Positions 18,692 to 26,763 of a stretch of 41,175 nt of DNA are shown here, one piece after another. Source of the DNA: Spongiibacteraceae bacterium (lineage in GTDB: Bacteria > Pseudomonadota > Gammaproteobacteria > Pseudomonadales > Spongiibacteraceae); contig JBFJYC010000001.1 of NCBI GenBank assembly GCA_041622815.1, positions 1 through 41,175 on the forward strand, written 5' to 3'. A program made the position numbers and the translations under genes. The notes beneath the pieces are model-generated. The model did no database searches, was not told where the DNA came from, and saw nothing but the letters and a program-made list of their open reading frames with translations. The stretch's first letter is position 1, and each line of letters opens with the position of its first letter.

Positions 18692-19741
18692 TTAAGACGC
18701 GTACAAAAACTTCTTCACCTCGTCGTACGCCTCCCGCGACTCGGCGAGCTCGTCGCCAAACAGCTGCCAGACATGAGGCATATGCTCCCACAACTGTAGC
18801 TGAACCGGCGAACCGGCAGCTTTGGCTTTATTAACGTAGCGCCGGCAATCATCGACCAGCATCTCTGTAGTGCTGGCCTGGATAAGTACCGGCGGCAAGC
18901 CTGTAAGGTCGCCCAGCAGCGGGGATACCCGTGGATCATTCGGCCGCACACGGGAGATAGCCCAGCTCGCCCAGAGCAGCACCGCGCGTGGAATTTTGCT
19001 CAACGGGCCCAGCAACGGCCCCAGCATCAAATCGGTTTTGATATTCGCCTTCAGACTCGGGCTGGCAAAAGTGCTGTCCGTTGCCGGCGACAATGCGACC
19101 GCCGCGTCGACCTGCCGGAGGCCCGCGTCCCGCGCCCAGGCAATAGCTGCCAATAGCAGACTGCCGCCGGCGGAGTCCCCGGCAATAAAGAATTGACCCA
19201 GCGGCGCAGTGCCCCCGGGGCCGTGACTGAGAATCCAGCGATAGGCGCTGCAGCAATCGGCAACACTGTCCAGCCGCTTATTTTCAGGCATCAACCGGTA
19301 ATCAATCACCAGCACCGCGCCATTGATAAGCTTGGCAAACTCGGTGGTTATCCGGCGATGACTCAACGGGCTGCCGACAAAGAAGGCGCCGCCGTGCAAA
19401 TACAGTAGCCGGTGGGTCGGATCACCACCGGGCGCCAGCACCCATTCCGCCGGCACGCCACCCGCATCAACCGGGGTGATTGTGCAGTCGGTATCGACGT
19501 CGGCACCGAAGCGGTCAAACGCCTCGCGGGCCCGGGCAAAGCGTGAACCTTCACCACTCATATCCCTCATCATTGCGCCGAATTGCGCCAGCAACTGCTT
19601 TACCTTCGGGTTGGGGGCGCTTTCACGTAGCGGCGCGATGACCGGTTGATCGTAGATCCGCAGATCCGGCCCCTGCAGCAATAACTTAGCCAGCAACCAA
19701 ACCAGCACCGCAAACCCGGCCAAACCCAGCAACCACTCCAT
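18692..19741 (-). CDS. Alpha/beta hydrolase, hormone-sensitive-lipase-like esterase with N-terminal membrane anchor
   Basis: HGGAF oxyanion motif and GDSAGG nucleophile elbow (GxSxG). N-terminal hydrophobic helix MEWLLGLAGFAVLVWLLAKLLL. Confidence 0.85.
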   Translation of the reverse strand: MEWLLGLAGFAVLVWLLAKLLLQGPDLRIYDQPVIAPLRESAPNPKVKQLLAQFGAMMRDMSGEGSRFARAREAFDRFGADVDTDCTITPVDAGGVPAEWVLAPGGDPTHRLLYLHGGAFFVGSPLSHRRITTEFAKLINGAVLVIDYRLMPENKRLDSVADCCSAYRWILSHGPGGTAPLGQFFIAGDSAGGSLLLAAIAWARDAGLRQVDAAVALSPATDSTFASPSLKANIKTDLMLGPLLGPLSKIPRAVLLWASWAISRVRPNDPRVSPLLGDLTGLPPVLIQASTTEMLVDDCRRYVNKAKAAGSPVQLQLWEHMPHVWQLFGDELAESREAYDEVKKFLYAS

Positions 19742-19792
19742 ACTGCAATGTTCCTTATTAAGTTAATATCACGCCGCCGTGTTTTATCCGGC

Positions 19793-20566
19793 TCAACCGG
19801 CCTGCGCGACAGAACCACCATCGAGCACGATGGTATGACCGCAGACCCAGGCAGACGCACGGGAACACAGATAAATCACGGTACCGGCTACATCTTCCGG
19901 CTGCCCGATACGGCCACGCGGTATCGCTGTCGGCGCGGTCTCCTCATCGATATCCACGATATGTGCCGTCATTTTGCTGGGGAAGAAGCCCGGCGCAATG
20001 CCGTTGATATTGATATTGTCGGCCGCCAGATCGGCCGCCAAATGCCGGGTCAGCTGGATCACCGCAGCCTTGCTTGCCGAGTAGGAGTAATTATTCAGAT
20101 GCGGGTGGGTAATACCATTGATAGAAGCGATATTAATGACGCGGGACGGATCTTCGGCGCTGCCGCCGGCCCGCAGCTGTGGCAGCAACATCTGAGTCAG
20201 GAAAAAGATAGATTTCACGTTCAGGTCGACGACCTTGTCCCAGCCACTCTCAGGAAATGTATCCAGCTCCGCGCCCCAACTGGCGCCGGCGTTGTTAATC
20301 AGAATATCGAGCTTTGGTTCGCGGGATTTAATCGCCTCTGCCAGTGCCGCGGTGCCCGCTTGTGTACTCAGATCCGCCTGAATCGCGATGCATTCGCCAT
20401 AGGCGGACAGTTCAGCGGCCGTTGCTTCCAATTCCTGTGCCTTGCGCGCGCTGATATAGGTTTTCACCCCGTTTTCGACCAATCCCCGGGCTATCATTGC
20501 GCCGATACCGCGCGATCCGCCGGTAATCAGCGCGACCTTGCCGCTGACAGAAAATAAATTTTTCAC
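19793..20566 (-). CDS. SDR family oxidoreductase
   Basis: TGGSRGIG cofactor motif, NNAG, and the catalytic YSASK (YxxxK). GTG start with GGAGG 7 nt upstream. Confidence 0.9.
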   Translation of the reverse strand: MKNLFSVSGKVALITGGSRGIGAMIARGLVENGVKTYISARKAQELEATAAELSAYGECIAIQADLSTQAGTAALAEAIKSREPKLDILINNAGASWGAELDTFPESGWDKVVDLNVKSIFFLTQMLLPQLRAGGSAEDPSRVINIASINGITHPHLNNYSYSASKAAVIQLTRHLAADLAADNININGIAPGFFPSKMTAHIVDIDEETAPTAIPRGRIGQPEDVAGTVIYLCSRASAWVCGHTIVLDGGSVAQAG

Positions 20567-20696
20567 AAACCTGCCTCCGAATTAAGGTGAGAAAGCGCGC
20601 ACAATGTAGCACAAGCTTAGCGTCGCGAAAGCGCAGTCTGCGCCGGCTATGCTACTATGCCGCAGCCTGTTAACCCCCACTGAAATCTGAAACCGC

Positions 20697-22667
20697 ATGA
20701 CCGACGAACCCTCGCCGAAGAAACCCGCCGACGATGCAACTTTAATTCTCGGAACCGGTGATGACGCTACTGTAATCGTCAACGAATCTGACCGGCAGCA
20801 CACCACCGGCGGCATCCCCGCACCGGCCCCCTCCGGCAACAAAGCACTGCGCGTCCTCAATGAACGTTTCGAGTTGATCGCCCTGCTCGGGCGCGGCGCC
20901 ATGGGCCACGTTTATAAGGCAATCGACCGCCGCAAGGTCGAAGCCAACGATAAAGACCCCTACGTTGCGATCAAACTGCTGACCGAGGAATTTCAAAAGC
21001 ACCCTGACGCCTTCGTCACCTTGCAGCGCGAAGCACGCAAAGCCCAAAACTTGTCGAGCGAATATATCGTTAAGGTGTTCGATTTTGACCGCGACGGTGA
21101 CACCATCTACATGACGATGGAGTACCTCGAAGGCCTGCCGCTCGATGAATTAATCGCCAAAAACAAAGACACGCCGCTCGAGCGCGATGCGATCTGGAAA
21201 TTGCTGGACGGCACCTGCGAAGCACTCGGCGTCGCACATCGCGCCCGTATCGTGCATTCTGACCTCAAGCCCGGCAATATTTTTGTCACCGCAGATGGTG
21301 AAGCCAAACTGCTAGATTTTGGTATCGCCAGGGCAGTCATCGATAAAGGCGCCGATGTAGCATCCAATGCAACCGAATTTGACGCCGGCTCCCTCGGCGC
21401 ACTAACGCCGGCCTACGCGTCGCTGGAAATGTTTTCCGGTGCACAGCCCGACCCGCGTGATGATATTTACGCGCTGGGCTGTATTGCTTACGAATTACTT
21501 AGCGGCGAACACCCCTACCAGCGCACCACGGCGGAGCAGGCGGCAAAACTGGGCGCCACACCGAAACGTATTGCCGGACTCAATAATGCGCAATGGAAGG
21601 CGCTCAAAGGCGCACTCGCATTCGAGCGCGACAAACGGATTGCGACGGTAGAAGATTTCGAAGTTCAGCTAATTCCTGGCAAACGCCGCCGCGGCTCCTT
21701 GCTCAGCACATTGGTTGCGGCGGTGGTCAGCGCGGCGGTCGTCGGCGGCATTCTCTACACCGTAATGCCTGACGGCGGCGAAGTGGCAGCTCAGGCGCAG
21801 CAGGATGTAGATAACGCGTTCACCGAGGCAATGCTCAAAGCCAGGAGCTGCCGCGACAAGCAGGATTTTGTCTGCGCCAAGGACAATGTCGACATTGCCC
21901 TGAAACTGCACAGTGACAACGCCGAAGCGCGCACCCTGGCCGGGCAAGTGCAGCAACTGGCAGCAGAATACCGCAGCGCGAGAGTCAGCGAACTGATCAC
22001 CAGCGCCGACACCTGTAGCGCCGAACAAGACTATGAATGCGCCAGCACTGCGATTGCTCAGGCGCTAAAGCTGTGGCCGGACCATGAGCCGCTGCTCTTG
22101 CGCAGAACCGAGATCGATGCCGGATTGGCGCGCAGCGCGCAGCTACGCGCACAAATTGCCGCACTGGAGGCTGATGCCAACGCCTGCATGGCGGCAGACG
22201 ATATCGCCTGCGTCCGCGGAAAAATCGCGCAACTGCTTGAAATAGCTCCAAAAAACCAGCTAGCCGCGGACCTGTCGCAGCAACTCGCCGACGCCAAAGC
22301 CGCCGCTCTGCAAGCGAAGATCGACGGCCATATCAACCGCGCGCAAACCTGTTTCAACCAAAACCAACTGAGCTGCGCCGACCGCGAAATCAAAGCCAGC
22401 CTGGCACTGGACCCGGGCAACGCAGCGGCGCGCGCCCTCAGCGGCAGCGTGGAGGCCGCCCGCGCCAAAGCGGCGGAAGATCGCCGCCGGGTCAATCTTT
22501 TCATCAGCGAGGCCCAAACCTGCTTTGAGCAGAAGCGCTATAGTTGTACGCTTGCAAAAACCGAAGCCGCATTGGCGATCAATAGCAACAGCCGCGCCGC
22601 CGCAGATTTGCACGCCAGGGCTGAAGCCGCACAGGCGGCGGCGAAGAAACGCATCAAGATAGAATAG
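20697..22667 (+). CDS. Membrane-spanning Hanks-type Ser/Thr protein kinase (non-RD) with extracytoplasmic Cys-pair repeat domain
   Basis: Kinase motifs are LGRGAMGHVY (Gly loop), VAIKLL, IVHSDLKPGN (catalytic loop with Ser instead of Arg) and DFGIAR. There is one TM helix (LLSTLVAAVVSAAVVGGILYTVM, residues about 334-357). About 300 C-terminal residues follow it. Confidence 0.9.
   Translation: MTDEPSPKKPADDATLILGTGDDATVIVNESDRQHTTGGIPAPAPSGNKALRVLNERFELIALLGRGAMGHVYKAIDRRKVEANDKDPYVAIKLLTEEFQKHPDAFVTLQREARKAQNLSSEYIVKVFDFDRDGDTIYMTMEYLEGLPLDELIAKNKDTPLERDAIWKLLDGTCEALGVAHRARIVHSDLKPGNIFVTADGEAKLLDFGIARAVIDKGADVASNATEFDAGSLGALTPAYASLEMFSGAQPDPRDDIYALGCIAYELLSGEHPYQRTTAEQAAKLGATPKRIAGLNNAQWKALKGALAFERDKRIATVEDFEVQLIPGKRRRGSLLSTLVAAVVSAAVVGGILYTVMPDGGEVAAQAQQDVDNAFTEAMLKARSCRDKQDFVCAKDNVDIALKLHSDNAEARTLAGQVQQLAAEYRSARVSELITSADTCSAEQDYECASTAIAQALKLWPDHEPLLLRRTEIDAGLARSAQLRAQIAALEADANACMAADDIACVRGKIAQLLEIAPKNQLAADLSQQLADAKAAALQAKIDGHINRAQTCFNQNQLSCADREIKASLALDPGNAAARALSGSVEAARAKAAEDRRRVNLFISEAQTCFEQKRYSCTLAKTEAALAINSNSRAAADLHARAEAAQAAAKKRIKIE
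21819..22616 (+). repeat. Five tandem ~56-aa protein repeats, each with a C-x7-C pair followed by an AL-x-L-x-P-x-N-like helix (TPR-like)
   Basis: Cys residues are at 385/393, 440/448, 497/505, 552/560 and 609/617 of the kinase. Intra-pair spacing is always 8 and the period is 55-57 aa. Each pair is followed by IALKLHSDN, QALKLWPDH, QLLEIAPKN, ASLALDPGN or AALAINSNS respectively. Confidence 0.7.
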
Positions 22668-22688
22668 GCAATCTCTCAGGTGACCATC

Positions 22689-23372
22689 ATGAACAAACGT
22701 ACCCCTTTCCTTCTACTCAGCAGCGCCGCGCTGCTCGCCGCCTGCAGCGCGCAGGAAATGCAGGACTTTGGCGCAGCCGGCATGCTCGGTGCCATCGCCG
22801 GCTGCGCGTCCGCTAAAGCCACCGGCGGCGACTGCGCGCGTGGCGCGAGCTACGGTGCCGCCTCCGGCGTTGCCACCAAACTATTCAACGACATGCTGAT
22901 CGAGCACCGTGCCCGACGCCTGAAGGATAAAGAGGCCGTCGCTACGGCCTACAAAAAGGAAAAAGGCAGCGCTGTTCCGGATCAGTCCGAAGTCACCCGT
23001 TACGAAACCTCCACCGAGCCCGATGCGGTTGTCGAGGGTGGTATGCGCTATATCCTGACCTCGCAAATCGCGCTGCTGCAGGGCCTTAAAGAGCCTGAAG
23101 TACTACTCGAAGAAGAGCTGCAGCTTTACGACAACGTGGATACCGACAATATGCTGCGCTCGGTGCGCAAGCCGGTTAACGAAGACTCCAAAACCGGCGG
23201 TGAATTCGACAACCAGTTTGCCTTTATCCTTCCCGACGGTATCCCCGAGGGCGTCTACCCGGTCAGGACCAAGGTTTACGTCAACGGCAAGGAAAAGCGC
23301 GACTACGCTACAGCGATGCAAGTGGTGTTTATTCACCACTTCCCGAGCCAGCAGCGGATAGCCAGCCGCTAG
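22689..23372 (+). CDS. Lipoprotein of unknown function with glycine-zipper N-terminal region
   Basis: The ATG at 22689 has AGGTGA 5 nt upstream. Lipobox in MNKRTPFLLLSSAALLAAC. Gly-zipper-like GAAGMLGAIAG...GASYGAASG, with a C-x9-C pair. The C-terminal part is predicted beta-rich. It starts 21 nt after the kinase stop. Confidence 0.7.
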   Translation: MNKRTPFLLLSSAALLAACSAQEMQDFGAAGMLGAIAGCASAKATGGDCARGASYGAASGVATKLFNDMLIEHRARRLKDKEAVATAYKKEKGSAVPDQSEVTRYETSTEPDAVVEGGMRYILTSQIALLQGLKEPEVLLEEELQLYDNVDTDNMLRSVRKPVNEDSKTGGEFDNQFAFILPDGIPEGVYPVRTKVYVNGKEKRDYATAMQVVFIHHFPSQQRIASR

Positions 23373-23449
23373 CCGACCGCAGTATCCGGCGGTCACGCCG
23401 CCGGTTGATTCCACCCCGCACTACCTATAAAAAAACCGGAGTTGCTTGC

Positions 23450-24607
23450 ATGAGCGGACCCAAACCCTTTGTCATTGCGATCGCGCAGGACACGCTCGAC
23501 GACCTCAACAGTCGCCTTTCCAACACCCGCTGGCCCGAGCCCGAGACGGTCGATGACTGGAGTCAGGGTATACCGCTGGCCTATACGCAGGCGTTGGCGG
23601 CGTACTGGCTCAACGAGTACAACTGGGCAGAGCGCGAAGCCCTGCTCAACCGGTTCCCACAATACACACAGAGCATCGACGGCCTCGATATTCACTTTAT
23701 CCATGCGCGCTCACCCGAACCCGGCGCGCGCCCGCTGCTTATCAGCCACGGCTGGCCCGGCTCCATTGTCGAATTCCAGAAAGTCATCGGCCCGCTCACA
23801 GATCCGGTGGCGCATGGCGGTAAAGCTGAAGATGCATTTCATGTGGTCGCACCATCGCTGCCGGGCTATGGCTTTAGCGGCAAACCCGAAAAAGCCGGCT
23901 GTGGCGTGCCCCGCATCGCGACGCTGTGGGCGCAGCTGATGCAGGATCTCGGCTACGACCGCTACTACGCGCAGGGTGGTGACTGGGGCGCAATGATCAC
24001 TACCGCCATCGGCATTCAGGATCCGGCACACTGCGCCGGCATTCACCTGAACATGCCGATTGTGCCGCCGGACCCTGACACCATGGACGACATGACCGAC
24101 TACGAACAGCAGGCGCTGGCGGGTATTGAGGAATACAACCAATGGGACTCGGGCTATTCGAAACAGCAGTCCACCCGCCCGCAAACCCTCGGCTACGCAC
24201 TGGTGGATTCGCCGGTCGGGCAGATGGCGTGGATTATCGAAAAATACTGGAAGTGGACCGACTGCGACGGCCATCCCGAAAACGTGCTGAGCAAAGATGA
24301 GCTGCTCGACAACGTGATGCTGTATTGGCTTAATGCCGCCGCGGCATCATCCGGCCGCCTGTACTGGGAGAGTTTCAACACGCCGATACTCGATCCGGTC
24401 AACACCGCGGTTGCCTGTAGCATTTACCCCAAGGAGATTTTCCGCAGCTCCGAGCGCTGGGCGCGCAAGCATTTCGGTGAAAAACTAAAATACTTCAACA
24501 CACTGGATAAAGGCGGTCACTTCGCCGCATTTGAACAACCCGCGCTGTTTGTCGGCGAACTACGATCGGCTTTTAAGGCAATTGACGCGGAGGCAGCGGA
24601 ATCGTAA
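23450..24607 (+). CDS. Epoxide hydrolase (microsomal-type, EH N-terminal domain + alpha/beta fold)
   Basis: The N-terminal cap pattern is PFVIAI..DTLDDLNSRLSNTRWPE, followed by HGWPGS and the nucleophile motif GGDWG. The ATG at 23450 has GGAG 9 nt upstream. The track ORF starts 45 nt earlier. Confidence 0.85.
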   Translation: MSGPKPFVIAIAQDTLDDLNSRLSNTRWPEPETVDDWSQGIPLAYTQALAAYWLNEYNWAEREALLNRFPQYTQSIDGLDIHFIHARSPEPGARPLLISHGWPGSIVEFQKVIGPLTDPVAHGGKAEDAFHVVAPSLPGYGFSGKPEKAGCGVPRIATLWAQLMQDLGYDRYYAQGGDWGAMITTAIGIQDPAHCAGIHLNMPIVPPDPDTMDDMTDYEQQALAGIEEYNQWDSGYSKQQSTRPQTLGYALVDSPVGQMAWIIEKYWKWTDCDGHPENVLSKDELLDNVMLYWLNAAAASSGRLYWESFNTPILDPVNTAVACSIYPKEIFRSSERWARKHFGEKLKYFNTLDKGGHFAAFEQPALFVGELRSAFKAIDAEAAES

Positions 24608-24614
24608 CTGACCC

Positions 24615-24634
24615 GACCGGCACTAGTGCCGGTC
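24615..24634. terminator. Perfect 20-bp palindrome between convergent genes (possible bidirectional terminator hairpin)
   Basis: GACCGGCACT|AGTGCCGGTC read directly. It starts 8 nt after the epoxide hydrolase stop and contains the stop codon and last three codons (D, R, H) of the minus-strand gene. There is no flanking T-tract, so the terminator function is uncertain. Confidence 0.4.
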
Positions 24635-26119
24635 AAACATCTTCGAGGCCAAAACATAGGAAGAGGTGCTGATCACCCAGGGCTGGTCGCCGGGGCCTAA
24701 TGTAACGGCAGCGTAAACACCGGCTATCTGACCCCATTCGCTGTCGGCGCTTTCCGCAATACGCAGCGCGCCCTGCTCATCCAATACGGCGATGCCACCA
24801 TCGGGCCCGAGAGAAAATGCGCGCGCCCTAGGTGCCGCAATCACTTCCCAGGCACCCGCCTGATAGCGCCTGATAACACCGTCGGCGTCCAGCACATACG
24901 GGTTGTTATCGCCGTCAAAGGCGACATCGACCGCCTTAACCTGTGGCAGTGCCTGCCACTTCGCTTTAGGCCCTGCGCGCAGCATCGCGCCGCCATCAGG
25001 CTTGATGGTCAGCAGATAACCGCGACTGCCAGCCGCGACATCGACCGCCTCCTGATTGACCGAGACCCAGCGTGAGCCGTTCAGGCGGCGCAACATATTG
25101 CCGGAATCAGCGCCCCATATTTCACCGTCACCGGAAACACTGATCGCACGCCAACGCCCGGGCAACTGCCGCCACTTGTTCGTGGTTCTTTTACCGGCGT
25201 CCCACACGGCAGCAACATCGTCGTGATCAACGGTAACCGCCGTACCATCGGCAGCAATCGCGATACTGCGGGCCAGACCCGGCAACGTCAGCCAGTCGAT
25301 TGTGCGGGGCAATAGACTTTCCGGCGTTTCGGTTTGCGGGGATGGCAGCTCGCCGGCTGTCAGCTGCTGCGTGTACACCGCGTAGTCATCGGTCACCAAC
25401 CAGGCCAGATTGCCGGGGCCCACCGACACACTGCGCGTCCCCTTTTTAGCCCCGCCAAATTCCGACTTCGCGAGCTGCAGTGACTGCGGACCCAGGCCGA
25501 TGTCGTTGCCGGTCAGCCCGCTGCGGTGCCAACGGCCGTCCTGGTAAAAGCGGACGCTACCCTCGGGCAGGACCACCCAGGGGTTGCCGCGGTAATCCAC
25601 ATCAATCCATTGCCCACTGCCGGCCAGCGGGCGGATAGCTTCGCCATCCGGCCAAACGCCGAACTCGCCGAGGGAATGATCGGCAAAGGTCACAAAAACT
25701 TTATTGCCGCCAATGCCGACATCATTGACCTGCCGCAAGCCATCGTCCAGCCGCTTCCAGTACTCACCGACAAAGCGGCGCAACTGGCCGCCGGTGGTCA
25801 CGGCATAGGGCGTCCCGTCGCGGTCGGTATCGACCCGTACAAAACTGCCCGGCAGTTTCTGCCACTGCTGCGTTTCCGCCTGCCAACGAAAAATCTGATT
25901 GTTGCGCGTGACAATATGCACAACACCGGATGCGCCGACACCGACATCAATCGCCTCGGCATACCGCTGCTGCCACGCCGACACCGCTTCATTCGCATCT
26001 GAGAACACTTTGGCCGGCCCCGCCAATACCAACAGACAGAGCACAACGATTAAACAGCGTACTTTGCCCCGGTGAATCATCAACGAATATTGCCTCGTAA
26101 ATCTAATGAGTATGCGCAT
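24623..26119 (-). CDS. Secreted tectonin-like beta-propeller repeat protein (two lobes)
   Basis: About 10-11 blades of about 40 aa follow the pattern W-x-x-LPG...-(I/V)(S/D)V-x-x-DG-x-(V/I/W)...G-x-(L/I)-RR, for example KWRQLPGRWRAISVSGDGEIWGADSGNMLRRL. The lobes are separated by the Pro/Thr/Glu linker ELPSPQTETPESLLPRT. The signal peptide is clearer from the second Met (nt 26080: MIHRGKVRCLIVVLCLLVLAGPAKVFS). Confidence 0.7.
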   Translation of the reverse strand: MRILIRFTRQYSLMIHRGKVRCLIVVLCLLVLAGPAKVFSDANEAVSAWQQRYAEAIDVGVGASGVVHIVTRNNQIFRWQAETQQWQKLPGSFVRVDTDRDGTPYAVTTGGQLRRFVGEYWKRLDDGLRQVNDVGIGGNKVFVTFADHSLGEFGVWPDGEAIRPLAGSGQWIDVDYRGNPWVVLPEGSVRFYQDGRWHRSGLTGNDIGLGPQSLQLAKSEFGGAKKGTRSVSVGPGNLAWLVTDDYAVYTQQLTAGELPSPQTETPESLLPRTIDWLTLPGLARSIAIAADGTAVTVDHDDVAAVWDAGKRTTNKWRQLPGRWRAISVSGDGEIWGADSGNMLRRLNGSRWVSVNQEAVDVAAGSRGYLLTIKPDGGAMLRAGPKAKWQALPQVKAVDVAFDGDNNPYVLDADGVIRRYQAGAWEVIAAPRARAFSLGPDGGIAVLDEQGALRIAESADSEWGQIAGVYAAVTLGPGDQPWVISTSSYVLASKMFDRH

Positions 26120-26220
26120 TGCAAAGTGCCGGCCAGCCTAGCACGGGAACACGGTATCTAAAGGATATTCGCCGACGACCATAAAAACTGCGGTAAAACG
26201 AAAACAGAGGCTTCAGCAAC

Positions 26221-26763
26221 TCACTGGCAGGGGCCGCCGGCAGTAACCCAGGCCTGAAACGCGGTCACGAATTCATCGTGAGTGAGGGTCGGCCCGGTCC
26301 GCACCTTTCCGGGCTCAAACCCCCACAACACCAAATGATCATTGGTGATATGTGTGAGTAGATCGTTGAGCGAGCGCCCGCCGTTGCCACCGGTGTCTTT
26401 GAGACGAATGCAGAGACTGACCGGATCCAGCGGATCGCCGACCGGCGTTTCCCAGGCCATGCTCAGCGGCGCGAGGTGCCAGTTCTCGGCGCCCGGCACT
26501 TTATCAAACCCGGTGTTCTCATCCTGATGGCAGGCCGGACACTGCAATGTCGGTGCGCCGAAGCCGCTGGCGCCGCGAATGATTTGCTGGTCATGACGGC
26601 GGCGGTCATCGCCCTGGGTCGGAAACTCGCGCGCGGTGTGACAATTCAGGCAGCGCGGCCCGAGCAGAATATCCGCGATCGGCTCGAACAGCGGATGCGC
26701 GGCCGGCTGCGCCCACACCCCGACACCGTAAAGGGCGAGCAACAAAACGATACCCCGCCTCAT
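26221..26763 (-). CDS. Small periplasmic dihaem c-type cytochrome, third subunit of the Mo-hydroxylase operon
   Basis: Signal peptide MRRGIVLLLALYGVGVWAQP. Two CxxCH motifs (CLNCH, CPACH). Its ATG overlaps the upstream stop as ATGA (26760-26763). Confidence 0.75.
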   Translation of the reverse strand: MRRGIVLLLALYGVGVWAQPAAHPLFEPIADILLGPRCLNCHTAREFPTQGDDRRRHDQQIIRGASGFGAPTLQCPACHQDENTGFDKVPGAENWHLAPLSMAWETPVGDPLDPVSLCIRLKDTGGNGGRSLNDLLTHITNDHLVLWGFEPGKVRTGPTLTHDEFVTAFQAWVTAGGPCQ

